A stretch of DNA of 64,000 nt from Cenarchaeum sp. (GTDB lineage Archaea; Thermoproteota; Nitrososphaeria; Nitrososphaerales; Nitrosopumilaceae): contig CBDESU010000001.1 of NCBI GenBank assembly GCA_965242695.1, forward strand, positions 544,001-608,000. The letters run 5' to 3'. The translations under genes were made by a program, and so were the position numbers. The notes below the pieces were generated by a model that had not been told where the DNA came from, did no database searches, and saw only the letters and a list, made by a program, of their open reading frames with translations. Below are positions 52,384 through 61,867 of the stretch, one piece after another. The number at the start of each line of letters is the position of its first letter. Position 1 is the first letter of the stretch.

Positions 52384-53618
52384 GACTCGTCGCATCTCGT
52401 AGGGACTGTGGTCCCAGCCTCCCCTCTGATCTTGGCTACGAAGTCTGATCCATCCATCACGACCACCTCGCTGCTGGATGCGGACTCTTTTATGTCTGCC
52501 CATTCCTCGGCCGTCAGGGGAGGCGAGCGCATGCCGGACTCGATCGGAGTCTTTCCGCCCCCGCGCGGCTTGTGCGCTAGGCAGTACTCGATGTACCCGC
52601 GCGCGGATGCGTGGTCGGGATCCATTGCATGCCCGATGCCGGCAGGGGGCGGGCCGCGCTCGACGCGGGCCGCCTCCGAATCGCCGGCCCCGCCCTCGCG
52701 CGCATGCGAGTCCGGGCACCCTCCACCGTCCGGCTCGCCGCGGGATGCCCGCCGTCCGGCCCTGTCGATGCCGGCCATGGCCAGCTCGTGGTATTCGTCG
52801 ATTCCGATCGCCCGCTCGTAGGCCGACAGCGCCTCTGCATGCCGGCCGAGCGACTCGAGGGCCAGCCCGCGTCCCGCGTGCGCTGCCGCCGAGCCGCCGT
52901 CCAGCTCGACGGCCCTGTCAAAGGCGGGCAGCGCCTCTGCATGCCGGCCGAGCGACTCGAGGGCCAGCCCGCGTCCCGCGTGCGCTGCCGCCGAGCCGCC
53001 GTCCAGCTCGACGGCCCTGTCAAAGGCGGGCAGCGCCTCGGTGGGGCGTCCCGTGCCTGCCAGAACCCTTCCGCGAGCAGCATGGGTCGCGGCGGATTCC
53101 GGATCCAACCGGGCCGCCATTTTGCACGCCTCCAGTGCATCCTCGAGTCGTCCTGCGCCCGCTAGCGCAAAGGCATGCCCCGCGTGGACGTCCCCGTTGT
53201 CCGGCGCCAGTCGAATTGCCTCCTTGTACGCCACCACGGCGTCCTGGTAGCACCCGAGGCGCGTCACTGCGAGCGCGTAGTCCGCGTACGCCGGCGCGCA
53301 CTCTGGATCGCATGCGATGGCATCGCAGAATGCGTCTAGTGCCTCGCCGGGCTTTCCCAGGCCTGCAAGCGCCCTGGCGCGCCCCGCATGCGCCGGAGGA
53401 TAATCGGGGCATGCTCGCACTGCGGCGTTGCACGCGGCGAGCGCCTCGTCGTGCCGCCCGTACTTGTGCTGTAGGATGCCATGTATGGTCAGGATTGCCA
53501 CATCGGCAATGCCGCTTCCAAGCTGCTTGGAGTCCTGCACTGCCGAACCGTCCTCTTTTTCACCGGCCGGCGCATGGCGCCTACTGACCGGAGCTACTGT
53601 GACTACTGTGGGCCTCAT
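52380..53618 (-). CDS. TPR-repeat protein with a C-terminal antitoxin-like tail
   Basis: About seven TPRs, a GC-rich linker, then 'MDPDH...PPLTAEEWADIKES...MDGSDFVAKIRG'; stop overlaps the relE start. Confidence 0.8.
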   Translation of the reverse strand: MRPTVVTVAPVSRRHAPAGEKEDGSAVQDSKQLGSGIADVAILTIHGILQHKYGRHDEALAACNAAVRACPDYPPAHAGRARALAGLGKPGEALDAFCDAIACDPECAPAYADYALAVTRLGCYQDAVVAYKEAIRLAPDNGDVHAGHAFALAGAGRLEDALEACKMAARLDPESAATHAARGRVLAGTGRPTEALPAFDRAVELDGGSAAAHAGRGLALESLGRHAEALPAFDRAVELDGGSAAAHAGRGLALESLGRHAEALSAYERAIGIDEYHELAMAGIDRAGRRASRGEPDGGGCPDSHAREGGAGDSEAARVERGPPPAGIGHAMDPDHASARGYIEYCLAHKPRGGGKTPIESGMRSPPLTAEEWADIKESASSSEVVVMDGSDFVAKIRGEAGTTVPTRCDES

Positions 53619-53890
53619 TGAATTGCCGCCCCCATGCCTAGCGCACGGCGGGCACACTACCGTAGCGTATATAGCCGTTGCGCGCCCGCACGCAGGCCGC
53701 CCCCGTCCACACCCTGCGGCGCCATCTGGCCTGGGGTTGCATGATCGGCTAGGCCGCCGTGCCCCGCACATTCGGCAGGGGATGGAGGTGGACCTGCCCT
53801 GGCGCAGGGGGCGCCGGCGGCGCGGGCGCCCCGTCCCGCGCGCATGGAATCGCGGCAGGCCTTAAATACGCGCCCCCGTCCCGCGCGCGC

Positions 53891-54499
53891 ATGCGCCGCC
53901 AGGCCGCGCCGGTGCGCGGGTACGCATGCGTGCCGTACACGCACGACCACGACTCTGTGTCGCTCAAGGAGGACTGGGACCGCTCGCGCAACGTCGAGCG
54001 CATGCACTTTGTGACGGCCACGTTCTCTCCCGACTGCCTGCCGTACTTTGACTCCATATCGAACCACTACATACTCGCGCAGTTCCGTGACTGCACCCGC
54101 GCGCTGCGCGACATCGAGAGGCGCGGCCACGAAAAGGCCTCGTTCGTGTTCGGCATCGACGAGGACCTGTTCGAGCGCGAGGCGACGGGCGCCGTGAACT
54201 TTGTGTCGGTGTACTACCTAGAGTACGGCGAGACGGACGAGGACGTCGGCGAGGTGGCCTTTGTCATATCGCGCAAGGACAAGGTCGGCAGGGCGGGGGT
54301 GGGGCGCATGGACCTGCACTCGGCCACGCGCCGGTTCGACTTTCCGTACGCAGACCGGATAGTCGTGCTGGAGGTCTCGAGCGACAAGGGCCCGCAGAGC
54401 ATCAACAAGTACTGCGAAAAGACGCGGCGCGACGTGTGCCGCATCGGGATTACCATGACAAACCTGGTCAGCCTGTCGCTGCTCGAGCGGCTGAAGTGA
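53891..54499 (+). CDS. Hypothetical protein, probably conserved in Thaumarchaeota
   Basis: TATA 'ttaaata' about 25 bp upstream; strongly coding-like codon usage. Confidence 0.75.
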   Translation: MRRQAAPVRGYACVPYTHDHDSVSLKEDWDRSRNVERMHFVTATFSPDCLPYFDSISNHYILAQFRDCTRALRDIERRGHEKASFVFGIDEDLFEREATGAVNFVSVYYLEYGETDEDVGEVAFVISRKDKVGRAGVGRMDLHSATRRFDFPYADRIVVLEVSSDKGPQSINKYCEKTRRDVCRIGITMTNLVSLSLLERLK

Positions 54500-54673
54500 G
54501 CGGCTGAAGTGAGCGGCTGAAGTGAGCGGCTGAAGTGAGCGGCTGAAGTGAGCGGCTGAAGTGAGCGGCTGAAGTGAGCGGCTGAAGTGAGCGGCTGAAG
54601 TGAGCGGCTGAAGTGAGCGGCTGAAGTGAGCGGCTGAAGTGAGCGGCTGAAGTGAGCGGCTGAAGTGAGCGGC
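54485..54673 (+). repeat. 13-bp perfect tandem repeat GAGCGGCTGAAGT, 14 copies plus a 7-bp partial
   Basis: Counted directly; the first units include the last codons and stop of the upstream gene. Confidence 0.97.
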
Positions 54674-55225
54674 GCCGGCGGCCGCGGCGAACCGGCCGGC
54701 GCGGAGACGGCCGCCGGGGCGCCCGTGTGCGCGGCCATGCGGCGCGCCCTGGGGCATCGCGCGGCGCGCCTCGGCGCGGCTCGGGGGCCGTCCTGCCGGA
54801 GAGGCGGCCGGGGCGGCGCGCCAGGCGCCGTCGTCGGGAATGGAGGGCGGGCGCTCCCGGCCGAGTCAAAGTACGGGCGCGCGCGTGAAAGGGTCGGACC
54901 TGCGGGGAACCCGGGGGCCTGCCGGCCGGCTCGGGGCGGGCATGGGCATCGCCGTGCCCGGCGGGGGCGCGGGCGGGGCCGGAGGAGGGACCGCCATGAT
55001 CCCGCCGCGCCTGTACCTGCCGATGGGGAGGGGAAGGAGGAGGGGAGCGCGGCGCCCGCCCGCGGATCGGCGCAGGATGCCGCCGTGCCGCGCGGATGGC
55101 GCGGCGCCGCCCCAGCGCCGGCCTTTCCGGCCCGGCGGCGCCCCCCCCGGCGCCCCGCCCGCCAGCCTGCCGCTCCTCCCGCCTTTCCCAAAGGCCAAAA
55201 TAGGTTTGGCGGCGCCGGCCCGCGC

Positions 55226-56482
55226 ATGCAGAGGCCGACGTACGAGGATGTAGTGCGCGCCTCCGAGGCGCGGCGCCGGGGCGACGGCGGGGCGGACGAC
55301 ATCCGCCGCACCGACCTCGTGCACTCGCCCATGTTCAGCCGCATGACCGGCTCGGACGTGTACCTAAAGGCCGAGTACCGGCAAAAGACCGGCTCGTTCA
55401 AGATACGCGGCGCCTACTACAAGGTGCGCTCGCTCTCCGAGGCCGAGCGGCGCAACGGCGTCGTGGCCGCCTCGGCCGGCAACCACGCGCAGGGCGTCGC
55501 GTACGCGGCCTCGGCCGAGGGCATACCCTGCACGATAGTGATGCCGCAGTCGGCCTCGCCGGCAAAGGTGGCCGCCACGCGCGGGTACGGCGCGACCGTG
55601 GTCCTGCACGGCGCAAGCTACGAGGAGTCGTGGGCCAGGGCCCGCGAGATATCCGGGCGGACGGGCGCGACCATCGTCCACGCCTTCGACGACCCGCACG
55701 TTATAGCCGCCCAGGGGGTCGTCGGGCTGGAGATACTCGAGGACCTGCCCGACGTCGACGAGGTGTACGTGCCGATCGGCGGGGGCGGCCTGGCCGCCGG
55801 GGTGCTGATCGCGATAAAGGCGCGGCGCCCCGGCGTGCGGGTCGTCGGGGTCCAGTCCAGCTCGTTCCCGTCGATGAGGCGATCGCTCGACGCGGGCAGG
55901 CCTGTGCCGCTCGCCGCGGGCGGCGGCGGGGGCGGGCAGGCCCCGGCCAGGACCATAGCCGACGGCATATCCGTAAAGGCGCCCGGCGAGCTCACGTTCT
56001 CCATAATACGCGACATGATCGACGACATCGTGCTCGTCGACGACTCGGAGATCATAGAGGCCATGTTCCTGCTCATGGAGAGGATGAAGGCGGTGGTGGA
56101 GCCTGCCGGCGCCGTCGGGCTGGCGCACCTTCTCGCCGCAAGGCCCTCGCCGGGAAAGAAGGTGGCCGTCGTCCTGGCAGGCGGCAACGTCGACATGTAC
56201 CTGCTCGGGCAGATCGTCGACAAGGGGCTTGCGCGGATGGGGCGACTCCTAAAGGTCTTCATACTGCTGCCCGACCGGCCTGGCGCGCTCAAGGAGGTCG
56301 TCGACGAGATCACGTCGGCGCGCGCAAACATAGTGGAAGTGGTCCACGACCGGTTCAGCCGCGACATCGACGCGGGCTCGGCCGGGGTGACGCTCAGCCT
56401 AGAGACGGACGGGCGGGACAACGCCGAGGATCTTGTGCGCCGCCTCGAGGCGAGGGGAATACGGTTCCGGGTGATGACCTGA
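55226..56482 (+). CDS. ilvA: Threonine ammonia-lyase with a C-terminal ACT domain
   Basis: 'KAEYRQKTGSFKIRGA', 'ASAGNHAQG', 'PIGGGGL', 'LPDRPGAL'. Confidence 0.95.
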   Translation: MQRPTYEDVVRASEARRRGDGGADDIRRTDLVHSPMFSRMTGSDVYLKAEYRQKTGSFKIRGAYYKVRSLSEAERRNGVVAASAGNHAQGVAYAASAEGIPCTIVMPQSASPAKVAATRGYGATVVLHGASYEESWARAREISGRTGATIVHAFDDPHVIAAQGVVGLEILEDLPDVDEVYVPIGGGGLAAGVLIAIKARRPGVRVVGVQSSSFPSMRRSLDAGRPVPLAAGGGGGGQAPARTIADGISVKAPGELTFSIIRDMIDDIVLVDDSEIIEAMFLLMERMKAVVEPAGAVGLAHLLAARPSPGKKVAVVLAGGNVDMYLLGQIVDKGLARMGRLLKVFILLPDRPGALKEVVDEITSARANIVEVVHDRFSRDIDAGSAGVTLSLETDGRDNAEDLVRRLEARGIRFRVMT

Positions 56483-56651
56483 CGACTGCGGCCGCTCCGG
56501 CCTCCGCCTCCGCCTCCGCCTCCGCCTCGGCCGCGGGCTGCGGCGCCGCCCGCGCCCGCTCCGCGCCGCCCGCCGGCGCGCATGCGGCCGATCCCGGCCG
56601 GGCATTACGCCAGCCCGAAACGGTAATAGCGCGGGCCGATTGCCCGCGGGC

Positions 56652-57251
56652 ATGGCGGAAGGCAGAACCGCACTGGACGCGGACAACGCCGTGCAGGCGT
56701 CGATCCTGCTGTTCGCCGCGGACGGCGGCGAGCCGGCCGCAGGCCCGACCCAGATGCGGATGATGGTCTTTCTCCTGCTCAAAAAGGTCGGACCGGTTGC
56801 CGGCAGGGGGCTGGGGGGCACGGACGCGCACGCGCGCTGCGACAGCGGCGACGTCGATGCCGAGCTGCGGCGCCTCTCCGATGCGGGCGCCATCCGCTGC
56901 GGCCGCTTGGGGATCGAGGCCACCGGGGCGGGAAGGGATGCCGCCGATGCGCTAGCGGAGCGGCTCGGCAAGCGCGCCGCGACCATACTGCGCAACGCCA
57001 AGGAATTCTACAACAGCATGACCGACGACGAGGCGCTCGTATATGCCCGCGCGGCGTACCCCGGTGCGGCAGGGGGGGATGCCGGGCGCATTCAAAAAGG
57101 ACGAGCAAAAGACGGTGGAGGATGTCCTGATCGGCCTCACGGGAAGGGGGGGGGGGTGATCAGCTCGTCGCATGCCGCCCGGTTCCTGCGCCGAGACCTG
57201 CTGGATGTCATGCGTATGATGAGCGCGGCCGCCATACCGGTGTTCCAGTAG
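56652..57251 (+). CDS. YwgA/Panacea-like wHTH + UPF0175-like HTH protein, copy A1 (locally frameshifted between two poly-G tracts)
   Basis: Paralogue of the five copies downstream; 'KTVEDVLIGLTG' lies out of frame between G7 (57072) and G11 (57146). Confidence 0.75.
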   Translation: MAEGRTALDADNAVQASILLFAADGGEPAAGPTQMRMMVFLLLKKVGPVAGRGLGGTDAHARCDSGDVDAELRRLSDAGAIRCGRLGIEATGAGRDAADALAERLGKRAATILRNAKEFYNSMTDDEALVYARAAYPGAAGGDAGRIQKGRAKDGGGCPDRPHGKGGGVISSSHAARFLRRDLLDVMRMMSAAAIPVFQ

Positions 57252-57383
57252 GCGCGGCGCGGTGGGCGGCAACGGCATGCCGCCCGCTCCTCCACTGATC
57301 GTCCAAATGCGTGCGGGCCTCGCTCTTGGTGCCGCATCGCGCCGGATCAAAATGGTTATATGTATAACCAAACTGGTTGCGGC

Positions 57384-57974
57384 ATGGCGAAAAGCGAAGC
57401 CGTCCTGGACGTGGACGGCGCCGTGCAGGCGTCGATCCTCCTGCTCGCCGCGGACGGCGCCGAGCCGGTCGCAGGCCCGACCCAGATGCGGATGATGGTC
57501 TTTCTCCTGCTCAAAAAGGTCGGACCGGTTGCCGGCAAGGGGCTGGGGGGCACGGACGCGCACGCGCGCTGCGACAGCGGCGACGTCGACGCAGAGCTGC
57601 GGCGCCTCTCCGATGCGGGCGCCATCCGCTGCGGCCGCTCGGGGATCGAGGCCACCGGGGCGGGCCGCAAGGCCGCCGCCGCGCTCTCGGAGGGGCTCGA
57701 CGAGCGCGCCGCGGCCATACTGCGCAACACCAAGTGGTTCTACAACGGCATGACCGACACCGAGGCGCTCGTCTACACCCGCGCGGCGTACCCCGGCGCT
57801 GCGGGGGTGAAGGGCATGCACGAACCCGTTGAGCAAAAGGCGGTCCAAGACATCCTGATCGGACTAGTGGGCAAGGGGGTGATCACCACGGGGCACGTGG
57901 CAGAGTTGCTGGGGCGGGATCGTGCGGATGCCATGCGCATGGTGAGCGCGGCCGGCATACCGGTGTTCAACTAG
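57384..57974 (+). CDS. YwgA/Panacea-like + UPF0175-like protein, copy A2
   Basis: 'ASILLLAA..EPVAGPTQMRMMVFLL...SGDVDAELRRL..IEATGAGR...YP' plus 'GVITTGHVAELLG..ADAMRMVSAAGIPVF'. Confidence 0.8.
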   Translation: MAKSEAVLDVDGAVQASILLLAADGAEPVAGPTQMRMMVFLLLKKVGPVAGKGLGGTDAHARCDSGDVDAELRRLSDAGAIRCGRSGIEATGAGRKAAAALSEGLDERAAAILRNTKWFYNGMTDTEALVYTRAAYPGAAGVKGMHEPVEQKAVQDILIGLVGKGVITTGHVAELLGRDRADAMRMVSAAGIPVFN

Positions 57975-58039
57975 GCGCGGGGGCGGCAGGGCGACGAATC
58001 TTCGGGGATGCCGCCAGGGAAAGCCCGCGCGCGGCCGGC

Positions 58040-58548
58040 GTGCTGGTGTTTGACGCATCGACACCAATCGGAACATCCGACATGCGGCGCCCGGACCTGT
58101 TCGATCGGTTCAGGGATCTGGGTTATGATCTGGCCGTCCCGTCGCATGTGGAGCAGAAGGAACTAGTCGATGCAGATGTCAGGGCAATGATCAGCGGCCT
58201 GCTGGATCGCGGCACCATCCGCATCACTCACTCGAATAGACGCAGGGAAGTGCTTGATCTTGGGTCTGATCTTCAAGGAGTGGGGCTCGGGGAGTGCGAT
58301 GCCATGCTGACATGCTAAAGATGCGGCGGAGGGCCGCTAGGGCACAATGCGTACTGGATGACAAGGCGGCAAGGGCGGCGGCAAGGCGGATTGGAGTTGC
58401 GCATATCGGGCTTACAGGCCTGCTAGGCGAGCCCGCAACCGCCGGCCTGGTGTCGGCGCGGGATATGGCCTGCATAGTGGCGGCGCTGCGCGGAACAAAC
58501 TTCCGCATCGGCGACGACCTGCTCGACGGGCTGGTAGGGGGCGCTTGA
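58040..58548 (+). pseudogene. DUF3368/COG2405-type PIN-domain toxin, copy P1, with a 1-nt frameshift at ~58315
   Basis: 'VLVFDAS...VPSHV..E...GLGECDA' then 'CVLDDKAARAAA...GLTGLL...LRGTNFRI' in a second frame. Confidence 0.8.
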
Positions 58549-58829
58549 TGCAAGGGCGGGAACTGCGCCCCGAATCCGCCTTCTGGTAGGGAGCCGCAAG
58601 CCGCCCCGCCTGGCAATGCCGTGCCGCAGGCTGGCGCATGGGCGCAGGCGGCACGCATCGCGGCAGGGATCCTGCAGTGTCCAAATCACGCGAGCCGTGC
58701 ATGTTCACCCGCATGCCCCCTGCAGGGATTCTGCCCCCGCGGCTTGGCGCAGGCGGACCGTGCGCCTGGCGCGCCGGGAATCCGACCCGGCCCAAAACGA
58801 CTATAAGGGCGGGCAGGGCGGCCTAGGCC

Positions 58830-59420
58830 ATGCCTGGAAGCGGGGCCGCCCTGGATGTGGACAACGACGTCCAGGCGTCGATCCTGCTGCTCGCAGCAGA
58901 CGGCGCCGAGCCGGTCGCAGGCCCGACCCAGATGCGGATGATGGTCTTTCTCCTGCTCAAAAAGGTCGGACCGGTTGCCGGCAAGGGGCTGGGGGGCACG
59001 GACGCGCACGCGCGCTGCGACAGCGGCGACGTCGATGCCGAGCTGCGGCGCCTCTCCGATGCGGGCGCCATCCGCTGCGGCCGCTCGGGGATCGAGGCGA
59101 CCGAGGCGGGCCGCAAGGCCGCCGCCGCGCTAGGGGAGCAGCTTGACGAGCGCACCGCGGCCATACTGCGCAACACCAAGTGGTTCTACAATGGCATGAC
59201 CGACGACGAGGCGATCGTCTACACCGGCGCGGCGTACCCCGACGCCGCAGGAGGGCAGGACGAGCGCGGAACGGCCGGGCAGAAGGCTCTCGAAGACGTC
59301 CTGATCGGCCTGATTGGGAAGGAGAAGTTTACCTCTGCGCACGCGGCCCGGCTGCTGCGCCGGAGCAGGGCGGAAGTCATGCGCATGGCGAGCGCGGCCG
59401 GCATACCGGTGTTCAACTAG
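58830..59420 (+). CDS. YwgA/Panacea-like + UPF0175-like protein, copy A3
   Basis: Paralogue; C-terminus 'KFTSAHAARLLRRSRAEVMRMASAAGIPVFN'. Confidence 0.8.
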   Translation: MPGSGAALDVDNDVQASILLLAADGAEPVAGPTQMRMMVFLLLKKVGPVAGKGLGGTDAHARCDSGDVDAELRRLSDAGAIRCGRSGIEATEAGRKAAAALGEQLDERTAAILRNTKWFYNGMTDDEAIVYTGAAYPDAAGGQDERGTAGQKALEDVLIGLIGKEKFTSAHAARLLRRSRAEVMRMASAAGIPVFN

Positions 59421-59572
59421 GCGTAGCGCGAGGGCGACGGCGGAAGATGGCCACCCCCTGTGCCGCCCGCCCGGCCACTGATCGCACTCCCTCAACGCAC
59501 TCGGGCCGCCCGTCTGGCGCCCGCATCATGTGGATCAAAACAGTTATAGGCATAGGGACACCGGTTGCGGGC

Positions 59573-60163
59573 ATGGCGGAAAGCGAAACCGTCGTAGACG
59601 CGGACAACGCCGTGCAGGCGTCGATCCTGCTGTTTGCCGCCGAGGGCGGCGAGCCTGTCGCGAGCCCGACCAGGATGAGAATGATGGTATTCTACCTGCT
59701 GAAGCACATGGGGCCGATTGCGGGCAGGGGCCTAGGTAGCACGGACGCGCACGCGCGCTACGACAGCGGCGACGTCGACGCCGAGCTGCGGCGCCTCGCC
59801 GGTGCGGGCGCCGTGCGCTGCGGCAGTACGGGGATCGAGGCGACAGAGTCGGGAAGGGCTGCCGTCGATGCGCTAGCGGAGCGGCTCGGCAAGCGCGCCG
59901 CGACCATGCTGCGCAACACCAAGGAGTTCTACAACAGCATGACCGACGACGAGGCACTCGTGTATGCCCGCGCGGCGTACCCCGGCGCGGCAGGGCGGCA
60001 GGATGCGCCCGGAAGTGACGAGCCAAAGGTTGTGGAGGACGTCCTGATCGGCCTGGTGGGGAAAGGGGTGATCAGCTCGTCGCACGCGGCCCGCCTGCTG
60101 CGCAAGGACCTGCTCGACGTCATGCATATGATGAGCGCCGCCGGCATACCGGTGTTCCAGTAG
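59573..60163 (+). CDS. YwgA/Panacea-like + UPF0175-like protein, copy A4
   Basis: Paralogue; 'gttatagg' upstream; C-terminus 'VISSSHAARLLRKDLLDVMHMMSAAGIPVFQ'. Confidence 0.8.
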   Translation: MAESETVVDADNAVQASILLFAAEGGEPVASPTRMRMMVFYLLKHMGPIAGRGLGSTDAHARYDSGDVDAELRRLAGAGAVRCGSTGIEATESGRAAVDALAERLGKRAATMLRNTKEFYNSMTDDEALVYARAAYPGAAGRQDAPGSDEPKVVEDVLIGLVGKGVISSSHAARLLRKDLLDVMHMMSAAGIPVFQ

Positions 60164-60293
60164 GGCGGCGGCGAGCAACCTCCTGTGCCGCCCGCCGCGC
60201 CGCTGATCGCACCAAATGCGCGCAAGCCTCGCACTTGGCGCCCGCACCGCGTCGAACCAAAATGGTTATATGTACAACCAGACTGGTTGCAGC

Positions 60294-60875
60294 ATGGCGA
60301 AAAGCGAGGCCGTCCTGGACGTGGACAACGCCGTGCAGGCGTCGATCCTCCTGTTCGCCGCCGAGGGCGGCAAACCGGTCGCGGGCCCGACCAAGATGCG
60401 AATGATGGTGTTCTACCTGCTGAAGAACGTGGACTCGATTGCCGGCAGGGGACTCGGCGGCACGGACGCACACGTGCGCTGCGACAGCGGCGACGTCGAC
60501 GCCGAGCTGCGGCGCCTCGCCGGTGCGGGCGCCGTGCGCTGCGGCGGCCCGGGGATCGAGGCCACCGAAGCGGGAAGGGTTGCCGCCGATGCGCTCGCAC
60601 AGGGGCTTGACGAGCGCACCGCGACCATACTGGCCAACACCAAGGAGTTCTACAACGACTTGACCGATGACGATGCGCTCGTCTACACCCTTGCCGCGTA
60701 TCCCGACGCTAGGGGCCCAGACGGGAGCGAAAAGGGCGAGGATGCGGAAGATGTCCTGATCGGTTTGGTAAGGAAAGGCAAGATCACCACGGGGCGCATG
60801 GCCGCGCTGCTGCGCTGTGACCGTGCGGACGCCATGCGCATGGCGAGCGCGGCCGGCATACCGGTGTTCCAGTAG
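60294..60875 (+). CDS. YwgA/Panacea-like + UPF0175-like protein, copy A5
   Basis: Paralogue; upstream region matches that of A2. Confidence 0.8.
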   Translation: MAKSEAVLDVDNAVQASILLFAAEGGKPVAGPTKMRMMVFYLLKNVDSIAGRGLGGTDAHVRCDSGDVDAELRRLAGAGAVRCGGPGIEATEAGRVAADALAQGLDERTATILANTKEFYNDLTDDDALVYTLAAYPDARGPDGSEKGEDAEDVLIGLVRKGKITTGRMAALLRCDRADAMRMASAAGIPVFQ

Positions 60876-60949
60876 CGCGGCGCGGGGGCGACAGGGCCAC
60901 GAACCCTCCCAAGAGACGACAAAGTAAGCTTGCGCACGGCGCAACGCTG

Positions 60950-61546
60950 GTGTTTGACGCATCAACACCGATTGGAATATCGGACATGCGGCGCCCTGAC
61001 CTGTTCGACCGGATCGTGGCCCTTGGCTATGACCTGGTTATTCCATCGCACGTAGAGCGCGACGAGCTAGTCCGCCCGGAAGTCAGGGCGATGATCGGTG
61101 GCCTGCTGGATCGGGGGGCCATCCGCACCGTGCACATGAACAGGCGGAGAGATGTCCTTGATTTCATGATGAAGTTTCACAAGATCGGGATTGGAGAGAG
61201 TGATGCCATCCTGACGTGCATGAAGATGCACCTCGAGGGGGTGGAGGCGTACTGCGTGCTATAGTCCCGAGCATAAGTTCCTGACCCTTTTATGTGCATC
61301 GATTAGGCGTCGATGCAGCAAAAAGAGGGTCAAGGACATGTGCTCGTGACTATAGACGAGACGGATGCCAGGGCGGCGGCAAAGCGAATTGGCATCGGGT
61401 ATGTCGGACTAGCGGGACTGCTCGGCGAGCTCGCATCCGCCGGACTGGTGTCGGCGCAGGACATGCGCGGCATAGTCGCAGCGCTGCGCGGGACGAATTT
61501 CCGCATCAGCGACGATCTACTCGACGGACTTGTGGGGGGCATCTGA
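60950..61546 (+). pseudogene. DUF3368-type PIN-domain toxin, copy P2, interrupted by a MITE
   Basis: 'VFDAS...GIGESDA...YCVL' [insert] 'DETDARAAA...LRGTNFRI'; both halves in the same frame. Confidence 0.85.
61262..61352. mobile_element. 91-bp palindromic MITE with TA target-site duplication (IS630/Tc1-mariner-like)
   Basis: Left arm tagtcccgagcataagttcctgaccctttt..tgcatcga is an imperfect reverse complement of the right arm tcgatgca..aagagggtcaaggacatgtgctcgtgacta; TA at 61260-61261 and 61353-61354; removal restores GTG CTA GAC GAG (VLDE). Confidence 0.85.
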
Positions 61547-61867
61547 TACGATGGCAGGGGACGTCCAGATTTTCCCGGGTGCGGTACAGCGAATTGCTTC
61601 GCCGGCGCCCTGCGCCGCGCCGTAAGGCAGATGCGGCGGCACAGGGAGGCGCGCTTCACGGCAGTGCACCGGTAGCATGCGGGCTTCAAAAACCATTCCT
61701 CCTCGTCCGCCTCCCGGTTCTGCCCTGCGGCCCGCAGCGTGTGCACCTGGCCTTGGACGGCGAGGCGCCGGCGCCGCTCTCAGCGCGCGCCCGTGGGCCC
61801 AAGGCATCGCGGTCCATGCGCGCGGCATGCCTGCCCGAAACGGTCATAAGGGCGGGCGGGCCGCGGC

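Noticed and set aside
54485-54673. Possible CRISPR array
   Set aside because: Contiguous 13-bp units with no spacers and no cas genes in the window.
54674-55225. Possible structured ncRNA (SRP or RNase P) in the long GC-rich spacer
   Set aside because: No conserved SRP, RNase P or tRNA motifs recognised on either strand.
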